DNA from: Eledone cirrhosa
Lineage: Eukaryota
NCBI GenBank assembly: GCA_964016885.1
Contig: OZ024743.1
Span: 260,152,001-260,216,000, forward strand
Length of the DNA stretch: 64,000 nt
Reading direction: 5' to 3'
In this document: positions 57,114-64,000 of the stretch, piece after piece
Layout of the letters: each line of letters begins with the position of its first letter
How positions within the stretch are numbered: position 1 is the first letter of the stretch
Translations under genes and position numbers: made by a program
Notes under the pieces: generated by a model
Databases searched by the model: none
Told to the model about the DNA's origin: nothing
Seen by the model: the letters and a program-made list of their open reading frames with translations, nothing else

Positions 57114-57262
57114 TATATCTATCTATTTACCCATATATATATATAGAGAGAGAGAGAGGGTGGGGGATAAATAAATAAATAAAGAAACAAACAAAGGGAG
57201 GGAGGGAAGGACGGAGAGAGAGAGAGAAAAAGAGAGAGAGAGAGTGAAGCACATATACACAT

Positions 57263-57346
<84 letters not shown>

Positions 57347-57714
57347 ACACACCATCGCCTTACCAGTACAAGAGAAGTGAAGATAAACATATATAGAGAG
57401 AAATCTAGTGAACATATATTACCTTCATAAAACATGTATACAATTTGGCGAGTATACACAAACATACATACACACTACATACACTTATACATGCATAGAC
57501 AACTGTACGTACACTCGCACACAATCACCCGCACCAGACACACAAACACACACACGCATTCACACAAACATGCTCCCACTCCCACAGATCTGCATGCGGG
57601 TGCACATATACAGACACACACACACTCACACAGATCCGCACGCTAGCGCATATATATATACACACACGCAGCATACATACACATTTACCCTCCCACAGAT
57701 ACACACACACACAC

Positions 57715-58256
57715 ACAGGCCAGTACATACACATACACCCTGGCCTGTACACACTCACACACATACACACTGGCCTGTATACACACACACACATACACAC
57801 TGGCCTGTACACACACACATACACACTGGCCTGTAAACACACACACATACACCCTGGCCTGTACACACTCACACACATACACACTGGCCTGTACACACAC
57901 ACATACACCCTGGCGTGTACACACACACACACACATACACCCTGGCCTGTACACATACACACACATACACACTGGCCTGTACAGACACACACACACATAC
58001 ACCCTGGCCTGTACACACACACACACATACACCCTGGCCTGTACACACTCACACACATACACACTAGCCCGTACACACACACATACACACTGGCCTGTAC
58101 ACACACTGGCCCGTACACACACACACATACACACTGGCCTGTACACACACACACACACATACACCCTGGCCTGTACACATACACACTGGCCCGTACACAC
58201 ACACACATACACACTGGCCTGTACACACACACACACACCCTGGCCTGTACACACAC
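57715..58256. repeat. ~24-30-bp minisatellite tggcctgta(ca)n-tacac
   Basis: About 20 consecutive variant units. Confidence 0.95.
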
Positions 58257-58467
58257 GTTAAAGTACAACATTGGTAAACTATAGTCCTATCAATTCAGAA
58301 TAAATTACAAAGACACGACTACTTCGGAAATATTTCTTTTTGGAATAAATCTTTTGTCTGTGACAGGAAGTGTAGAGTAATATTAATTTGTAAGGACTTC
58401 TTCTTCTTCTCCTCCCCCACCTTTCCACGTCTTCCTCCTCTTCTTCTTCTTCTTCTTCTTCTTCTTT

Positions 58468-58888
58468 GCAGCATAGAGTTATGGTCCTTTACGGTCTGAT
58501 TTCAAACCCCGCCGTGTTAGCTTTGCCTTTCATCCTTACGGTGTCCGATAAAATAAAGTACCAGTAATGTACTGTGCGCGCTATAATCGACGTTCCCCCT
58601 CCCCCAAATGACTGGCCTTGTGCCAAATGTAGAAACAATTATTATTATTATAGGTTAAGTTAAGGGTGGTAGATTGGCAGTGTCGGTAGAACTTTGGACA
58701 CCTTGCTTCGCGGCATAGAGTTACGGCCCTATACTTTCTGAGTTCTAATCCCGCCAAGTTCAGCTTTGCTTTTCATCCTTATGGGGTCGATAAAATAAAG
58801 TAACAGTAATGCACTGAGGTCGAATTCATCGACTTTCCCCTCCCCGCCAAATTGCTGGCCTTGTACCTAGAGTAGAAACAATTATTAT
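58468..58888 (+). mobile_element. Two tRNA-derived SINE copies
   Basis: Consensus central and tail blocks. Confidence 0.85.
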
Positions 58889-60294
58889 TATCATCGTTAT
58901 CATTCATCTTCTTATCGTTATTCTCCTCCCTCTCCTTTTTCTTCTTCTTTCTTTTCTTTCTTTCTTTTATTTGTTTGTTGTGGTTGGCGACATAAATCGG
59001 CAATAATATCGTCCAAAACATACTAGAGATCCTACTGCAGAGGCAGAGGCATTGATTAAAGTTTAAAAAAATAAATGGAAACGATTAAAGAAGATTGAAG
59101 ACAGTAGTGGAGCGAGGTTGAGTTAGGTGGGTTAACTAGGAAAATTCTCATTTCTTTGCTTATTTCCGGGAACTTTTAGAGCTTAGTTCCGTTAAGAAAT
59201 TCTATGTTAGTGTAGAAAGTTTATTCACTATTCTTCAGTGTTTGAAACATCCGCTCATTATAGAGGCATATCGAATAGTTCTCGTTTGTTACAAAAATAA
59301 AGACCGAACTTGTCTATTTTCGAAATAGACAACTCATCGTTCCTTTTATTTAGAACTATCGTTTATGATGCTATTTATCATAAGCCTTTTACAATAAAAT
59401 GTTTCTCCGTTCCGCACGGGACGATTTTCGCCATTGAAGGTTATAAGGATATATTACTTCCGGTCATAAATGCAAAAGAACGGGAAATCACGAGAATCAC
59501 GTTGCTTTACTATTATGTTATATATATGCACATCTAAGCCGCTCTCCGACTTCTATTCGTTGGTGTGTTCACTTTGCATTACGACCTATATACTGACACT
59601 GTAATTAATCATTCGGTAGTTGTGACCTCCAATCCTGTCTTTTAACAGACAATATATATGGGCTTTATTTCCGGTGATGACGTCACTGATGACTGCAACA
59701 ATTCTTTTCGCCAATTTCGGGACATCCAATTGTTCATGGTTATTTTGTCACAGTAAATACGGAACGTTAGTTGTTGATACCGCAAGCGACATCAATTTAT
59801 ATCTCGTTATCCGGTTCTCCTGTAATATTAATGGCAATCTTTGCTAACTTTAACATTAAGTCGCTCATTATTATCACCCAAACAATTACCTGCAACATTC
59901 ATTTGTTGCTCCCACACCCCCTCCCCCTCCCCCTTTACATTCATATTTCATTCATTTCCTTTTACTTTTCTTCTTTTATAATATTTTTCTTTTTCTTCTT
60001 TCGATATCAGAAAAAAAAATCTTCAAATGAAAGTACCAACGATAACAATGAGAATGTTGGAATTTTAAGATTGAGCTGTAGAAGACTTATTTAACCAGAA
60101 TTCATGAGATGGAATCGATTTTTATTTGGAATAATCTAGCATAGTTATTTATATGAAAGGGGGAATAAAGAAAACTAATGGAAGAAGATAAGACATAATT
60201 CTTCATGTTCATTATAGGAGTGTATCTGAAAGTATATACGATATATATATGTGTATATATATATTGTACATATTATATATATATATATATATGT

Positions 60295-60354
<60 letters not shown>

Positions 60355-60536
60355 GTAGGAGGTGAGTTTTATTGTAGCACAATAAAGCAATGCAAATATC
60401 GGATAAGTAGCACTCTACAGTTTGTAGGACTGGAGTATAAATAATATAAGATCAAGATGGTTAAAAGAGTTCCAAGTATGTTGATTTAAAACTTCACTAT
60501 TCACAAGTGTTTTTTAAGCTTCATATCATGTATCCC

Positions 60537-60607
60537 TATTTTATCTGATGAAAACGCAGATATCATCCCATGATGATATTTGTTTTTGAAATGCGCATAA
60601 TAAAATA
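60537..60607 (+). ncRNA. Type I hammerhead ribozyme in a TA-flanked fold-back island (60352-60645)
   Basis: tattttat-CTGATGA-aaacgcagatatcatc..gatgatatttgttttt-GAAA-tgcgca-TA-ataaaata; 60454-60479 is inverted at 60605-60630. Confidence 0.85.
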
Positions 60608-60639
60608 CTTGGAACTCTTTTAACCATCTTTTAATCTTT

Positions 60640-60682
<43 letters not shown>

Positions 60683-60734
60683 TATATATACATATATATA
60701 TGTGTGCATATATATATGTATATATATGTAATAT

Positions 60735-61147
60735 ATGTGCTGATGTATGGGTCTGAGACTTGGACACTGACCAAGAAACTCACTCAGATGGTGGATGGGT
60801 GCTACACGAGAATGCTGAGGATGGCTTTGAACATTAATCAGTATACACTGAGGATGAAGAGCTCAGAGCTGTACGGGAGCCTCCCCTAAGTCTGCTCAAA
60901 AGTGACACAGAGGAGACTGAGGTTAGCTGGACATGCTCACCGACATCCAGAGTTGACATTGCACTCAGTGCTCCTTTGGGAGCCCCTACATGGACACACT
61001 AGAAGAGGAAGACCAAGGTTAACGTATGTTGATGCCCTAAGGACAGACACTGGTCTGTTGGAGACGCAGGACATGGCAGCGATAATGAGGGAAAGAGACC
61101 GCTGGAGAGAACTCGTCCATGGATCTCGGGAATTTTACCCGCCTTAG
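60735..61147 (+). mobile_element. RTE-like LINE 3' fragment
   Basis: LMYGSETWTLTK, RRLRLAGH, LLWEP, RRGRP, RDRWR. Confidence 0.85.
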
Positions 61148-61185
61148 ATAGATAGAGATATATGTAATATATATATATGTAATAT

Positions 61186-61470
61186 ACAGAGACTTGGGAT
61201 TAATTGTGGGCAACAACATAAGCTGGGCCACTCATATAAACAGCAAAGTTGACATGGCCCCGCAGAATGTGTTCCTGGATTCTCAGAACCTTCCAGTCAA
61301 GAGATAACCACACTATTATCCTTCTCTTCTCCACTTTTGCCCGACCCCACCTTGAATATTGTTGTCCACTGTGGTCTCCCCATACGAAACAAAGTTGAAG
61401 CACCCCAAAGATCAATTACAAAAAAGATAGATGGCATGACAGGCCTTGACTATTGGAGTCGATTAGAGAA
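61186..61470 (+). mobile_element. CR1-like LINE fragment
   Basis: RDLGLIVGNNISWATHI, WILRTF, RPHLEYCCPLWSP. Confidence 0.8.
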
Positions 61471-62400
61471 GGGAGGAGAGAACCAGATAGTTTCTCAATA
61501 AGAAAACAAGCGTAACAATAGACAAACTATCTGGTTCTCTCCCCCCTTCTCACTCAACGTTAAAACCAATGTAGGCAAAACATTTCTAGCCCTCTTAGAT
61601 AGACACTTGCCCATAGATCATAAATACCGCTCCATCTTTAACCGACACAAGTAAAACCAGGATACTCCTGCGCTTAGAACATGAAGGCCCACATCACAAA
61701 CAGCCCTAAGAGCAACACCCACCAGGGTGCTCTTGCCTTAAGCCCGAAGCTTGTCCCCTTCAACAGCAATGCAACACACCCGCTGTAGTTTATGAAGCTG
61801 TCGTTACTTCCAACCGACCAAATCAACCACAGGAGGTCAAATCTTATGTGGGTATGGCGGAGGGCCGATTTAAGAAACGCTTCCTGAACCACCAGTCGAC
61901 CTTTAGGTACCCGGACAGATGTTCATCCACGAAACTCGCGAGCCACGTATGGTCCCTCAAGGACTCAAGTATAGACTACTCCATCAAATGAAAAGCCATC
62001 ACTAAGTCCAAGCCATACGCAAGGGGCGATCCGTCGTGCGGACTATGTATTAATGAACGAATAAATATTCTAAAGAGATTACGCAATAGCGATTGCCTAA
62101 ACTCAAGAAATGAATTCTTCACACGTAGTCCACGCGTCTAGAAACACCTCTTACACAACTACAAAGCTCCGGATTGAATTACAACATCCTAATTTTCTTA
62201 TCAACTAGAAACTTTCGGACTTTCGCAGTTATCTCCCTTACACCTCTCGCACGCAATTTAGTATTGCCTGAGGGAAGTGACCGTTTCTGCACATGCGCGT
62301 TCGTACGGTTGTCCTTCCTGTTCCGTATAACCATGTCCATCACGAGCTGAGGATCCGCTAAGGTGAAACAATTGTTCTCGGTATGGTGAACTAACTGTTG
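61471..62400 (+). mobile_element. Penelope-like element 3' part (GIY-YIG) with short 5' inversion and 3' HHR
   Basis: RQTIWFSPPFSLNVKTNVGKTFL, VVYEA, SYVGMAEGRFKKRFLNHQSTF, TKLASHVWSLK, CGLCINE, LNSRNE; ggagagaaccagatagttt is inverted at about 61524-61542. Confidence 0.88.
62343..62380 (+). ncRNA. Minimal type I hammerhead ribozyme in the PLE 3' region
   Basis: cgag-CTGAGGA-tccgctaaggt-GAAA-caattg-TT-ctcg. Confidence 0.7.
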
Positions 62401-62614
62401 TGTAACCACTTCTATATATATACATATATATATATGATAATACACACACACACCCACACACATATATATATATACATACACACACTCTCACACACACACA
62501 AATACATATATATATATACATGCACACACTCACACACACACACGCATATATATATATATACATGCACACACTCACACACACACACATAAATATTTATATA
62601 TACTTGCACACAAT

Positions 62615-62728
<114 letters not shown>

Positions 62729-62738
62729 CATGCACACA

Positions 62739-62828
<90 letters not shown>

Positions 62829-63165
62829 CATTAAGAAGTGCACTACAACTGAAGAGTATGATATACAAGTTATATCTGTATAAATACTGGGTGTGTAACT
62901 GGGACTGCACCAACGTGTATAAATATATACACATATCTACTATGTAGAAATGGAGACATGCCTAAAAATACGAATTTCTCTGTAATTGAAAAGATGATAA
63001 ACATCTTTAATCGATTTACGGGTTTAATTGGACCCTCATCAGAAGACGCTTATATCATCCAATCAACCACCAGGAAACGTATTTAAAATGGGTATATATA
63101 CTCATTCACTGTTAGTATTATTCTGAAATAGACGTACTAATTTGCATATAATTATTGCTCTTGTT

Positions 63166-63358
63166 GGTGGGCTGGATTGGCAGTATTAGTAGAGTGTCGG
63201 ATGCCATGCTTTGACGCATAGAGTTACGGCCCTTGCCATTCTGAGTTCAAATCCCGCCGAGGTTAACTTTGCCTTTCATCCTTACGGGGTCGATAAAATA
63301 AAGTACCGGTAATACACTGGGTAATTGCTGGCCTTGTGCCTAACGTAGAAACTATTAT
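63166..63358 (+). mobile_element. Full-length tRNA-derived SINE
   Basis: Consensus with A/B boxes; ctcttgttggt repeated at both flanks (possible TSD). Confidence 0.9.
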
Positions 63359-63694
63359 TGCTCTTGTTGGTAATGAATTAAGATATATATCAAGAAGTTC
63401 GGTAGCAACCGATGTGTATGATTTTCTGGCATGTTTATATATTAGATATGCATTTATATTTATACTGGTTGGTGCAGTCTCGGTTCCACACTCTGTATTT
63501 ATACAGATATAACTTTATCATATTACAGGCTTAGTCGAAGGCGCTAAATACGCAGGATTCGGTCCTGTACGTAATGTGTAATTTTGCGCTAGTTTTTTTT
63601 TATGGCACAAATTTCTTTAGATGAGGAAATATCAAGCACTTAGAAACAGCCACGCCTCCTAGGTCTGGAGGAAGTGGTTTTTCTCTTGACCATT

Positions 63695-64000
63695 GCAAAG
63701 TCCTCCATAACGGATGGAATTGGTGCTGTTGATGTTTTGTTTAAATTATTACAAGAAGGGACTGTATGTATGATATTTAGAAGGTCCCCCAAGATGGTGT
63801 TGAAGCTGTTGATGTTTTGTTTAGATTATTGTAAGAAGGAGCTGTGCCCATGATATTTAGAAGGTCCTCCAAGACAGATGAAATTAGTGCTGCTGGTGTT
63901 TTTTTTAAAGTTAATGTAAGAAGAGGCTGTGCCCATGATATTTAAAAGGGACTGTATCTATGATATTTAGAAGGTCCTCCAAGACGGATGGGATTGAAGC
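63695..64000. repeat. Degenerate ~90-110-bp tandem repeat running off the window
   Basis: Recurring tgatatttagaaggtcctccaaga..gctgttgatgttttgttta. Confidence 0.8.

Noticed and set aside
58289-58345. Minus-strand terminal exon (D)KRFIPKRNISEVVVSL* after cttcctgtcacag
   Set aside because: Too short to distinguish from chance; no partner exon found

Overview
AT-rich, microsatellite-dense, gene-poor animal genomic DNA. The repeat landscape (huge (TA)n tracts, an abundant tRNA-derived SINE, RTE/CR1/Tx1 LINEs, Penelope-like elements) suggests an octopus or other cephalopod, but that is inference. No intact host gene is visible; there is one candidate signal-peptide exon. Recognisable mobile elements are a near-full-length Tx1-like LINE (52.8-57.1 kb) with two relatives, an RTE LINE, CR1-like LINEs, mariner and pogo-like relics, MITEs, a canonical non-autonomous Helitron, and two GIY-YIG Penelope-like (PLE) fragments. 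The main hidden signal is that many non-coding islands between (TA)n tracts are fold-back or tandem elements carrying type I hammerhead ribozymes (HHRs) with palindromic stem III. I read about 17 near-canonical copies from about 8 unrelated families, plus decayed ones, and in the fold-backs they point outward from the inversion centre. The best example is a near-identical 466-bp HHR monomer array (33.0-35.3 kb; second locus 16.4-17.3 kb) that resembles a young non-LTR retrozyme or non-autonomous PLE. All RNA structures were read by eye and are untested.
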